A DNA stretch of 64,000 nt, taken from an uncultured Clostridia bacterium. GTDB taxonomy: Bacteria > Bacillota > Clostridia > TANB77 > CAG-508. Positions within the stretch are counted from its first letter, which is position 1. Each line of letters starts with the position of its first letter. Of this stretch, positions 8,429 to 17,654 are shown one piece after another. The notes under the pieces are model-generated. The model was not told the DNA's origin and ran no database searches. It was given only the letters and a program-made list of their open reading frames with translations. The stretch lies in the NCBI GenBank assembly GCA_934120315.1, contig CAKOTX010000003.1, positions 71,236 to 135,235 of the forward strand, given 5' to 3'. Both the position numbers and the translations under genes were made by a program.

Positions 8429-11400
8429 TTACTTTATGTTCCATACATTGTATGTTTGATTTCCTCCATAGTTTGACATATTTCCACCTGTTAATGTTTT
8501 AGTTCCTGCTTTTTCTCCATAGAATAATACACTTGATGATAATGTTACTAGTACTCTTACTCCAAATGCATAATCACCATAGTGTCCTACTGAAAGACTG
8601 CTAGGATTAAAACGAGGCATACCTTTTGATGTGTCATTATATCCTGCTAACCAATAATATGAATTATTATCAATAATATTCATATATCTTGCATTTGAAT
8701 ATATTTTTTGGAATACATCATCTACATATAAATCTGTACTACTGGAATCTGTTCCAAGATATTTTTTATACCAACTTTCTAGCTTTGATTTACTTAATGC
8801 AATTGCACTAGTTGCTTTTAATGTTGGATTAACATAGTCGCTCCAATTTCTTATCTTATAATAAGTTGCAGACGATGAGCCTGCTAATACCTCCTCACTC
8901 AAATATGCATAAGATAATGTTCCGTGATAATAGTCTTCTGGATTTCCTGCTGATATCAATGTTACTTGGTCTCCAACTATATCAAATACTCTCCATCCTG
9001 TTACAGCACTTCCTGTTGATACATCTTTTATATAGTTGTTTGATGAAGAATATGGTGTTGCATTTCCATTTCTACTGCTTCCTACTGTAAATCCTCCAAA
9101 TTGAAATGCTGTTGATGGTAAACTTGTGCTTCCATTTGGCGTTTGTAATCCATCTGATGTTGAACCTGTTTGAATTGCACTTATCTCTGATTGAGTCCAT
9201 GTTCCTGCATCATAATTTACGAAGTCTCCTATATGTAAAGAGTCTGTTTGATTTCCTGTTGAGTCATATATTGTTGATGCTGATACCCATGTTGGTTCTG
9301 GTTTTGGTTCTGGTTCTGGTTCTGGATCAGGGTCAGGGTCTGGTAATGGCGTTACACTTCCATATGATTTTAGGTTCCATACATTGTATGTTTGATTTCC
9401 TCCATATTTGTCCATGTTTCCACCTGTTAATGTTTTTGTTCCTGCTCTTGTTGATGAGAATAATGCTTCTGTTGATAGGGTTACCAGTGGACGGATACCA
9501 TAAGCATTCCCAACATTTTTAAATACTTGTGCTTTATCAACACTTGTTGAATTAACAACTCTATACATAAGATAATGTTCAGAAGTTGTACTAGAAGCAT
9601 TTGCTAACCAATAATTAGAATAATTATCTATTAAATTTTGGTATTTTACATAAGGTGTATCATATATTAATTGAAATGTACTAGTAGTATATACATCAGG
9701 ACTTGAAACTCCCATGTATTTTCCATACCAAGTGTCTAAAATGTTTTTTGTTAATACTGTAGCACTTTCAGCTTTCTGATTTGTATTTGTATATATATTC
9801 CAACATCTTGCCTTGTATGTACTTGCTGCTGTACTTGCAGCACTCCAATTACTATTTGCTTTTCCTGTTAGTACATACTCACCAATATATCCCATATTGG
9901 TATATCCTGAAAGCAAAAAATCTTCTGTATTACCTGCTGATATTAACGTTACCTTGTCTCCATCTATATCAAACACTCTCCATCCTGTGACACCGTTTCC
10001 TGTTGAAGTATCTTTTACATAGTTAATAGCTGAATCATATGAAGTAGCATTGCCATTTCTACTAGCTCCTGCCACAAATCCTCCAAATTGAAGTGAGTTA
10101 CTTGGTAATGATGTGCTTCCATTGGCAGTTTGCAAATCAGATTTTGCTCCAGTCTGTATTGAATTTATTTCTGTTGAAGTCCATGTTCCTGCATCATAAT
10201 TTACGAAATCACCTATGTGCATTTTTTCTTCACTTGTATTACCATAATCATAAATCTTTGATGCTTTTACCCATTCATCCACTGGAGCTGGTGGATTTGG
10301 ATCTGGGTCTACACTTCCTCCACCTTTTAATCCCCACACATTATATGTTTGACTTCCACTTATTCTGCCACCTGTCAATGTTTTTGTACCTTTTTTAGTT
10401 GCAGAAAGTAAAGCTTCCTCTGATAAATTAACTACAACTCTTATTCCCATCGCAGTTCCTTGCATTGCTGTTATTGATCTACCTGCAGGGTTGAAATTAT
10501 ATAGATATGCATAATTGTATGGAGATGGATAATAATAATATGAATTGTTATCAATTATATTCATATATTTTTCATATCCACTTTCATATATTGTTTGAAA
10601 ATCACTTGATTTTATATATTTAGTAAACCAGCTATCTTGCAATGATTTGCTATATGCCGTTGCACTAACAGCGGCTTGGTCTGTATTTACATATGCACTC
10701 CAATCTCTTTTTGTATAGCTACTAGCATCTGTAAGTTCGCTATTTATATTTCCTGTTAGCATGTATTCAGCTTCATTAGCCTCACCATAATCATTGTAAT
10801 AATCCTCTGGATTTCCTGCAGATAATAATGTAATTTTATCTCCATCTATATCAAATACTCTCCATCCAGTAACACCTGAATTCGTAGCAGAATCTTGAAT
10901 ATAATTATATGTTAAATCATATGCACTAGCATTTCCACTTTTAGATGTTCCAGCTACGAATCCTCCAAATTGATAAGCAGCTGTTGGCAAAGTAGTGCTT
11001 CCATTCGCTACTTGTAGCCCGGTTGGCTGTTTTACCTATTTGAATTGCATTTATCTCATCTTGTGTCCATACTCCAGGTTCATAATCAATAAAGTCCCCT
11101 ATGTGCAATCCATCAGCATTTGATCCAGAAGCATCATATACTTCTGATGGTTTTACCCAATCTCCATCATCTCCAGAATCATCTTCCATTGAACCTGTAT
11201 TGATATTAATATAATATTCTCTTTCTGTCTCCAAATATGTAATTTTTAACCTTGTACTTGAAGCTTTTTCAACAGTAACCTTGTTACTTCCTAAATAACT
11301 ATTTAGCTTTGCTTCAAAAAGGTCTTTTTGCAATACTGTTTTAGAATCTTCTCCCATTAGCGAAGCTGCCGCAACTCTAATCAAATTTATTTCGCTCGCT

Positions 11401-11576
11401 ATCTCATTTCCTGTTAAATCTGTCCTAACAGCATATACAATTGTTGCCATTAGAAACACCAATAACACCGCTAATATTGCATAAACTTTTTTTGGCATAA
11501 AGCTTAATTTTTGTTTTAATTTATTGCTTTTTGAATTTTCCATTTTTTCTACTTTTGGTTCTGTATAATTCATCAT
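8429..11576 (-). pseudogene. Large secreted/anchored three-module repeat protein, interrupted by a +1 frameshift near 11018..11022 (ORFs 10941..11576 and 8429..10990)
   Basis: The 211-aa ORF has a signal anchor and then begins a module (WVKPSEVYDASGSNADGLHIGDFIDYEPGVWTQDEINAIQIGKTAN). That module continues in the +1 frame as GLQVANGSTTLPTAAYQFGGFVAG, exactly matching the equivalent stretch of modules 2 and 3 (..AIQTG..LQT.NGSTSLP...QFGGF). Modules are separated by Pro/Asp/Glu linkers (DPDPNPPAP; PDPDPDPEPEPEPKPEP). Confidence 0.75.
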
Positions 11577-11693
11577 TATACGAATTTACCTCCTTTGTAT
11601 ATTTTTTCCCTTTTTACATTCTCTTTCTTCTATATTTAATCATAATCCCTCTTTTTTTTCAATACTTTTCTTGGAGTTTTTTTAGGAAATCTA

Positions 11694-11769
11694 TGTCAAT
11701 TTGGTGTCAATTTGGTGTCGGTGTTTTTCTTGACAATTTGTCAATTTGGTACCGGTGTTTTTCTTGACA
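11694..11769. repeat. Intergenic repeat family, 13-nt partial unit plus direct tandem pair
   Basis: tgtcaatttggtg tcaatttggtgtcggtgtttttcttgaca att tgtcaatttggtaccggtgtttttcttgaca. It overlaps the 3' end of cca. Confidence 0.9.
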
Positions 11770-13017
11770 ATTTTTCATCCAATTCACTCTCTCTTCATGC
11801 AGTCTACGCCCGACTTTCGCGCCTTTTTCAAGACTATATTTTTCTTGTATAAATTTACCATTAATTGCTTCAAAACACTCATTACCAATTTTCTCAAAAT
11901 TGATGTCTTCTGGATTATTTTTTCTGCCACCACTTGTCTTATCACTTACAACTATAATTTGAAGTCCATCTAGTCCTAATAAAGTCTTATTTACTCTTTC
12001 TATAAACTCAACTTTTTTAGCAGGTTTCATTTTATAAAATATTCCACCTCTCATATGCTCTTTGCAAGCTGTTTTACCACATTTAATCCAATTGTTAGGT
12101 AATTCTACCCTCTTTGCCATTTCATCTATCAATTCCGAACCTCGCTCTTCATGTCCATAATGATGCGGGTACAATTCTTTTGGTGTTGTTCCTTTTCCTA
12201 AATCATGAACCAATGCTGAAAATCTAATTTCTAATTTTCTATTTTTAGGATATTCTTTTGTTAAATTTGCCGCCATGTCTAACACGAGCATTGTGTGATT
12301 ATATGCATCTCCTTCTGGATGGTATTGCACAGGTTGCTCTACTCCAACTAAATTATTAATTTCTTTAAAATGAACATCTAAAACTCCTGCAACTTTTAGG
12401 GTATTAAAAAATATTGATGGAGCATCAGTATTCAATGCCTTTTTTAGTTCTTCAAAAACTCTTTCTTTAGATAGACTTTTTAGCTCATCTCTTAATTTGT
12501 GCATTTGTTCTAATGTTTCTTCTTCAACTTCAAAATTTAATTGGGCTACAAACCTTGCAACTCTATAAACTCTAAGTGGATCTTCTCCAAAGGCTGATGT
12601 TGTTGCTCTTATAATTTTATTTTTTATATCTTCTCTTCCATTAAACGGATCTACTATCTCTTCTGTTAGAACATCTTGAGCTATTGAATTTATTGTAATA
12701 TCTCTTCTAGCTAAGTCTTGTTCTATTGTTATGTCCGGGCTAGTATGGATTGCAAACTCTTTATGGCCTTCCCCAACTTTAACTTCTTTTCTTGCAATTG
12801 CAAATTCTTTACCTTCAAGTTCAAATACTTCAAATGCTTTTCCTTTTACTTTTGCTTCAGAAAATAATTTTTTGAATTTTTCTGAACTTAATCCAGTAAT
12901 ACAATAATCTTCATCTTCTGAATTTTTGCCTAAAAATTGGTCTCTTATTGCACCACCCACCAAGTATAGTTTTCCTCCATTTTCCTCTATTTTTTTAGCT
13001 ATTTCTTTAATATTCAT
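11707..13017 (-). CDS. cca: CCA-adding tRNA nucleotidyltransferase with HD domain
   Basis: N-terminal GGAIRD polymerase-beta nucleotidyltransferase motif, RRDITINS, and a C-terminal HD region (LVHDLGK). The last ~20 codons (CQEKHRYQIDKLSRKTPTPN) and the stop are encoded by the repeat element. Confidence 0.88.
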   Translation of the reverse strand: MNIKEIAKKIEENGGKLYLVGGAIRDQFLGKNSEDEDYCITGLSSEKFKKLFSEAKVKGKAFEVFELEGKEFAIARKEVKVGEGHKEFAIHTSPDITIEQDLARRDITINSIAQDVLTEEIVDPFNGREDIKNKIIRATTSAFGEDPLRVYRVARFVAQLNFEVEEETLEQMHKLRDELKSLSKERVFEELKKALNTDAPSIFFNTLKVAGVLDVHFKEINNLVGVEQPVQYHPEGDAYNHTMLVLDMAANLTKEYPKNRKLEIRFSALVHDLGKGTTPKELYPHHYGHEERGSELIDEMAKRVELPNNWIKCGKTACKEHMRGGIFYKMKPAKKVEFIERVNKTLLGLDGLQIIVVSDKTSGGRKNNPEDINFEKIGNECFEAINGKFIQEKYSLEKGAKVGRRLHEERVNWMKNCQEKHRYQIDKLSRKTPTPN

Positions 13018-13038
13018 ACCTCTTTATTCCTCCATTTT

Positions 13039-13103
13039 TGTCAATTTGGGGTCGGTGTTTTTTTTGACACAATGTCAAGAAAAACACCGACCCCAAATTG
13101 TCA
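13039..13103. repeat. Intergenic repeat family, inverted pair (about 30-bp hairpin arms, 3-nt loop), GGGTC variant
   Basis: tgtcaatttggggtcggtgttttttttgaca caa tgtcaagaaaaacaccgaccccaaattgtca. The right end contains the dinB stop codon (tca = TGA on the minus strand). Confidence 0.9.
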
Positions 13104-14312
13104 CACATCCTTCAATTTTATCTTCTCTTCTGAGTTCAATTTTCCTGCCCTCGTAACACTCGAATAACCATATTTTTGTTTCAACTCATCTACAACTTTA
13201 TCAAGTTTTTCTTGTTTCTCACTTTGATTATTATCAAAAAATGATAATTGTTTTTCACTCTTCTCTATAAGATTATCTACTCTCATTCCAATTAGTCTTA
13301 TTTGAGTACCTTGCTTATACATCTCATGCAAAAGTTCTTTTGCCACATTATAAATTTCTTTTGTACTTGATGTTGCTTCCAACATTTTTCTCTGATGTGA
13401 TGTATCTTCAAAGTTTTTGGTTCTTAATTGAACATTTACAACATTTGCTAGCATATCATACTTTCTTAATCTGTATGTAACTTGCTCTGTTAAGGCTAAC
13501 AACACTTCTTCTAATTTAGCCATTTCACTTACATCCACTGGCAATGTTGTAGAATTTCCTATTCCTTTTGGCTTCTCAAATTGATAATGTACTTCTGAAT
13601 TATCAATTCCATTTGCATATTCCCACATCATTGTACCATGTTTTCCAAATTTTTTAGTCAATAATTCTTTATCGGTGTTTGCTAATTGTCCTATTGTTTT
13701 TATTCTCATATTATATAATTTAGGAATTGTTTTTCTTCCTAACATTAATAAATCTGATACTGGCAATGGCCACATTTTTTGTGGAATTTCATTTTCAAAT
13801 AGAGTATGCACTCTATCTGGCTTGGTAAAATCTGACGCCATCTTCGCTAATAACTTATTGTGAGCCACTCCAACATTCACTGTAAATTTTAGTTCTTCTT
13901 TTACTCGTTTGTTTATTTCATATCCCTTCTCTAGCAGACTCGTTCCTCTTAGATAATTTGTCATATCTAAGAAACATTCATCTATACTGAATCGTTCTAT
14001 TTTATCTGTATATTGTAACAATAATTGATATAATTTATTCGAATTTTCTTTATATAATTTGTAATTCATAGGATATACTTGTAAATTAGGGCATTTCATT
14101 CTTGCTTGATATAGCGTTTCTCCTGTTGATATTCCAAAAATCTTGGCTTTTGGACTTTTGGCTAACACTATTCCAGATCTTCTATTTTCATCTCCACCTA
14201 TTACTGATGGAATTTCTCTTATATCTATTTTGCTTCCGTTTTTCAGCATTTCTACTGCTGTCCAACTCAAAAATGCATTATTAACATCTACATGCAATAT
14301 TTGTCTTTCCAT
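13101..14312 (-). CDS. dinB: Y-family DNA polymerase IV (DinB/UvrX-like)
   Basis: ILHVDVNNAFLSW and SIDECFLDMT motifs. I place the start at M32 of the ORF-track protein (ATG 14312) because a consensus promoter and SOS box occupy the upstream 31 codons. Confidence 0.85.
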   Translation of the reverse strand: MERQILHVDVNNAFLSWTAVEMLKNGSKIDIREIPSVIGGDENRRSGIVLAKSPKAKIFGISTGETLYQARMKCPNLQVYPMNYKLYKENSNKLYQLLLQYTDKIERFSIDECFLDMTNYLRGTSLLEKGYEINKRVKEELKFTVNVGVAHNKLLAKMASDFTKPDRVHTLFENEIPQKMWPLPVSDLLMLGRKTIPKLYNMRIKTIGQLANTDKELLTKKFGKHGTMMWEYANGIDNSEVHYQFEKPKGIGNSTTLPVDVSEMAKLEEVLLALTEQVTYRLRKYDMLANVVNVQLRTKNFEDTSHQRKMLEATSSTKEIYNVAKELLHEMYKQGTQIRLIGMRVDNLIEKSEKQLSFFDNNQSEKQEKLDKVVDELKQKYGYSSVTRAGKLNSEEKIKLKDV

Positions 14313-14327
14313 AATATCACCATTTTC

Positions 14328-14356
14328 ATTATAAAACAGTTGTTCTTGCCTGTCAA
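14328..14356 (-). promoter_or_regulatory. Sigma-A type promoter of dinB with an embedded LexA (SOS) box
   Basis: Minus strand reads TTGACA (14356..14351), 17 nt, TATAAT (14333..14328). The spacer contains GAACAACTGTTT (14345..14334), matching the Firmicute LexA box GAAC-N4-GTTY. Confidence 0.7.
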
Positions 14357-14367
14357 TATTGTGGCAA

Positions 14368-14392
14368 TAAAAAAACAGGCATTTCTGCCTGT
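14368..14392 (-). terminator. Rho-independent terminator of rny
   Basis: Minus strand reads ACAGGCA GAAA TGCCTGT followed by a run of eight T, immediately after the rny stop at 14395. Confidence 0.8.
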
Positions 14393-14394
14393 CT

Positions 14395-15936
14395 CTATTT
14401 TGCATAATCTACAACTCTTGTTTCTCTAATAACATTTACTTTGATTTGTCCTGGATAATCCATTTCTTCTTCAATTCTCTTAGATACATCTCTTGCAAGT
14501 AATGTCATTTGATCATCTGAAATTTTCTCTGGTTTTACGATAATTCTAACTTCACGACCAGCTTGAATTGCAAATGATTTTTCAACACCGTCAAATGAAT
14601 CTGCAATAGATTCAAGATTTTCTAATCTCTTTATGTATGCTTCTAATGTTTCTCTTCTTGCTCCTGGTCTTGATGCTGAGATTGCATCAGCAGCTTGTAC
14701 TAATACAGCTTCTAATGTTTGTGGTTCAACATCTCCATGATGAGCTTCTACTGCATTTATTACAAGTGGATTTTCTTTAAATTTCTTTAAAATATCAACA
14801 CCAATTTGTACGTGTGTACCTTCCATATCATGGTCTAGTGCTTTTCCAATATCATGTAATAAGCCTGCTCTACGTGCAAGTTTTGGATCTAATCCAAGTT
14901 CTTCTGCCATAATTCTTGCTAAGTTTGAAACTTCAATTGAATGGTTTAATACATTTTGTCCATAACTTGTTCTGTATTTTAATTTTCCTATTAATTTGAT
15001 AAGTTCTGGATTTAAACCAATTACTCCTGTTTCTAATGCTGCTCTTTCTCCTTCAGATTTAATTGTTTCAGATAGTTCCTCCTTAGCTTTTTCAACCATT
15101 TCTTCTATTTTAGCTGGATGAATTCTACCATCATCAATTAATTTTTCAAGTGCTATTCTTGCAACTTCTCTTCTTAATGGATCAAAACCTGATAAGATTA
15201 CTGCTTCTGGTGTATCATCTATTATCAAATCAATTCCAGTTAATGTTTCTAGTGCCTTTATATTTCTTCCTTCTCTACCAATAATTCTTCCTTTGATATC
15301 ATCTGATGGAAGTGGTACTATTGAAACTGTTGTTTCTGCAGAGTGATCTGCTGCACATTTTTGAATTGCATAACTTATTGTTTCTTTAGCATTCTTTGTA
15401 GCTTCTTCTTTGACTTTTTGTTCTAAGTCTCTGATTAAAGCTGCTTTTTCAGCTGTTATATCTTCTTCTACCTTTTTTAACAACTGTGTTTTTGCTTCTT
15501 CTTGGCTTAAGTTTGCAATTCTTTGTAGAACTTCTACTTGTTGTGCTTTCAAGTCCTCAATTTCATTTTCTCTTTCTTTTAGAGCTTGTTCATCACGTTC
15601 TAATTCTCTCTCTTTTTTCTCAAAATTATCTGAACGTCTTTCTAAGTTTTCTTCTTTTTGAATAATTCTACTTTCTTGTTTTTGAATTTCGCCTCTTCTT
15701 TCTTTAATCTCTTGATCTAACTCGTTTCTAGCATTCATAATTTCTTCTTTTGCTTTGAAGATTTCTTCTTTCTTTAAATTTTCTGCGTCTATTTTTGCTA
15801 GTTCAACTAATCTTTTTGCTTCTTGTTCTGCACTTTCAATTTTAGATTCTGCAATTTTCTTTCTTATTATCATTCCGATAAAAATTCCAACTGCTAATGA
15901 GATTAAGATAGTGGCTACTATGATTAATGTTTGCAT
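14395..15936 (-). CDS. rny: Ribonuclease Y
   Basis: N-terminal TM helix, long coiled coil, KH domain ([15 protein letters not shown]) and HD domain (LLHDIGKA). The start is taken at the second ATG (15936), 7 nt after GAGGTG; the ORF-track start is 15942. Confidence 0.93.
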   Translation of the reverse strand: MQTLIIVATILISLAVGIFIGMIIRKKIAESKIESAEQEAKRLVELAKIDAENLKKEEIFKAKEEIMNARNELDQEIKERRGEIQKQESRIIQKEENLERRSDNFEKKERELERDEQALKERENEIEDLKAQQVEVLQRIANLSQEEAKTQLLKKVEEDITAEKAALIRDLEQKVKEEATKNAKETISYAIQKCAADHSAETTVSIVPLPSDDIKGRIIGREGRNIKALETLTGIDLIIDDTPEAVILSGFDPLRREVARIALEKLIDDGRIHPAKIEEMVEKAKEELSETIKSEGERAALETGVIGLNPELIKLIGKLKYRTSYGQNVLNHSIEVSNLARIMAEELGLDPKLARRAGLLHDIGKALDHDMEGTHVQIGVDILKKFKENPLVINAVEAHHGDVEPQTLEAVLVQAADAISASRPGARRETLEAYIKRLENLESIADSFDGVEKSFAIQAGREVRIIVKPEKISDDQMTLLARDVSKRIEEEMDYPGQIKVNVIRETRVVDYAK

Positions 15937-16075
15937 AATCATACACCTCTTTCTTATTTAATTTTCAATGTTCGAATAAATATATCTTTTTCTACTTTAA
16001 TTTTTTATATATTTTTTCAACCTATTATATTTTATAATTATTATTGTCAACTGTCAAGAGATTTTGGCTAATTCA

Positions 16076-16729
16076 CTATATATTTTTCAGCGAAATCATC
16101 TTATCATCAAATTTATTTATCATTTTAGCACATGAAACTAATTCTTTTGATGTCTTTTTGCTTACATCATGCTCTGTTTTATATTTAACTTTATGTTCAA
16201 AGCTTGCCCAGAAGTCCATTGCAAGTGTTCTAATTTGTATTTCACATTTTACATATATTGTCTTTTGAGTCAATTTAACAGGAACCTCGACTACCATATG
16301 ATAACTAGAATATCCACTTGGTTTTGGGTTTGTAACATAGTCTTTTTCTTTTAATATGTGAATATCTGGCATTTGCTTAATCAAATCTCTAATAAAAAAT
16401 ATATCATCTTTTAAAGTGCATACTATTCTCATTCCAGCTACATCATTAATTTTTTCAATTAAATTCAAATATGTTTTGTCATATTTCTTTTTCTCCATTT
16501 TTTTAATTATACTCTTTGGTTCTTTTATTCTAGTGTCAATATGGTCTATTAAGTCATAATTATACATAATTTGAAATTCTTCTTTTATAATATTCATTTG
16601 TACATTTAATTGATTTAATGCTGATTTATAAAAAAACATCAGCTTATCAAAAGGCTCTTCTTTTACATCTAACTTCTCTTCTTTATCCTCCAAAAAATTT
16701 TCAATTATTATTAAATCATTTTCTCTCAT
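16076..16729 (-). CDS. Small alarmone synthetase, (p)ppGpp synthetase (RelQ/RelP family)
   Basis: RelA/SpoT synthetase-domain motifs GYSSYHMVVEVPV and CEIQIRTLAMDFWASFEHKVKYK. The ORF-track start at 16747 is a TTG; the ATG at 16729 is preferred. Confidence 0.85.
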   Translation of the reverse strand: MRENDLIIIENFLEDKEEKLDVKEEPFDKLMFFYKSALNQLNVQMNIIKEEFQIMYNYDLIDHIDTRIKEPKSIIKKMEKKKYDKTYLNLIEKINDVAGMRIVCTLKDDIFFIRDLIKQMPDIHILKEKDYVTNPKPSGYSSYHMVVEVPVKLTQKTIYVKCEIQIRTLAMDFWASFEHKVKYKTEHDVSKKTSKELVSCAKMINKFDDKMISLKNI

Positions 16730-16874
16730 AATAACAATCCTTTCCAATTTTTTCTATGCTATGATTTTATATGTATTTTGTTATGGAAATATTCCTTAAT
16801 TGTGTTTTTTGTGTGAATTACTTTATTTTTTATTTTATTATGATATAATCTATTCATAAAAGGAGGTAATTTAT

Positions 16875-17597
16875 ATGTCAACACCACATAATGAAGCAAA
16901 TTTAGGCGATATTGCTAAAACGGTAATAATGCCTGGCGACCCACTTCGTGCCAAATATATTGCTGAAAATTTTTTAGATAATTACAAATTAGTTAATTCT
17001 GTTAGAGGGATGTATGCCTTTACAGGCAATTACAAAGGAAAAGAAATTACTGTTATGGCTTCTGGTATGGGAATGCCAAGCATGGGAATTTATTCTTATG
17101 AATTATATAAATTCTATGGAGTAGAAAATATTATACGTATAGGTTCTTGTGGCGCTTATAGACCTGACTTAAAACTATTTGATATAGTTCTTTCTGAAAA
17201 TGTATTTTCTGAAGGAAATTTTGCTTTAACTTTAAATAACGAAAATTGTCATATAGTTTCAAGCAATCAAGATTTAAATGCTGTCATAAAATCCATAGCC
17301 AATCAGAATAATATAAACATTTTATCTGGCAACACCGTTTGTACTGATTGTTTTGATGTTTACATGACTGATGTTAATCAATTCTTAACAAGAATACCAG
17401 AAAACTTCAATCCAGCAGCTGCTGAAATGGAGGCTTTTGCTTTATTCTACGTTGCTAAAGTTCTAAACAAAAAAGCCGCATGCTTAATGAGCGTAGTAGA
17501 TTCTAAATATATTAAAGAAATTGCAACTCCTGAAGAGCGTCAAACTGGTCTTAATAATATGATAAAACTTGCTTTAGAAAGTGCTATATTATTATAA
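16875..17597 (+). CDS. deoD: Purine nucleoside phosphorylase, DeoD type
   Basis: TPHNEA..IAKTVIMPGDPLRAKYIAENFL and MASGMGMPSMGIYSYEL. RBS AAAGGAGG precedes the ATG. Confidence 0.9.
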   Translation: MSTPHNEANLGDIAKTVIMPGDPLRAKYIAENFLDNYKLVNSVRGMYAFTGNYKGKEITVMASGMGMPSMGIYSYELYKFYGVENIIRIGSCGAYRPDLKLFDIVLSENVFSEGNFALTLNNENCHIVSSNQDLNAVIKSIANQNNINILSGNTVCTDCFDVYMTDVNQFLTRIPENFNPAAAEMEAFALFYVAKVLNKKAACLMSVVDSKYIKEIATPEERQTGLNNMIKLALESAILL

Positions 17598-17603
17598 AAC
17601 TTT

Positions 17604-17634
17604 AAAAGACTTACCTTTTCTGGTAAGTCTTTTT
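17604..17634. terminator. Bidirectional terminator between convergent deoD and argS
   Basis: AAAA-AGACTTACC-loop-GGTAAGTCT-TTTT. Confidence 0.75.
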
Positions 17635-17654
17635 CGTTATATTCTTTTAATTTT

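Noticed and set aside
14313-14405. 31-codon N-terminal extension of dinB overlapping the rny stop
   Set aside because: The extension covers the rny terminator and a consensus promoter/SOS box. Homology-like sequence (ILHVDVNNAF) begins right after the internal ATG at 14312.
16044-16070. tgtcaactgtcaagagattttgg just downstream of the relQ-like stop, as another copy of the repeat family; likewise atttggtttttgacaag at about 58407..58423
   Set aside because: Only about 8-12 nt resemble the unit ends. That is too short and degenerate to distinguish from chance in AT-rich DNA. The second also serves plausibly as the tRNA-Trp -35 region.
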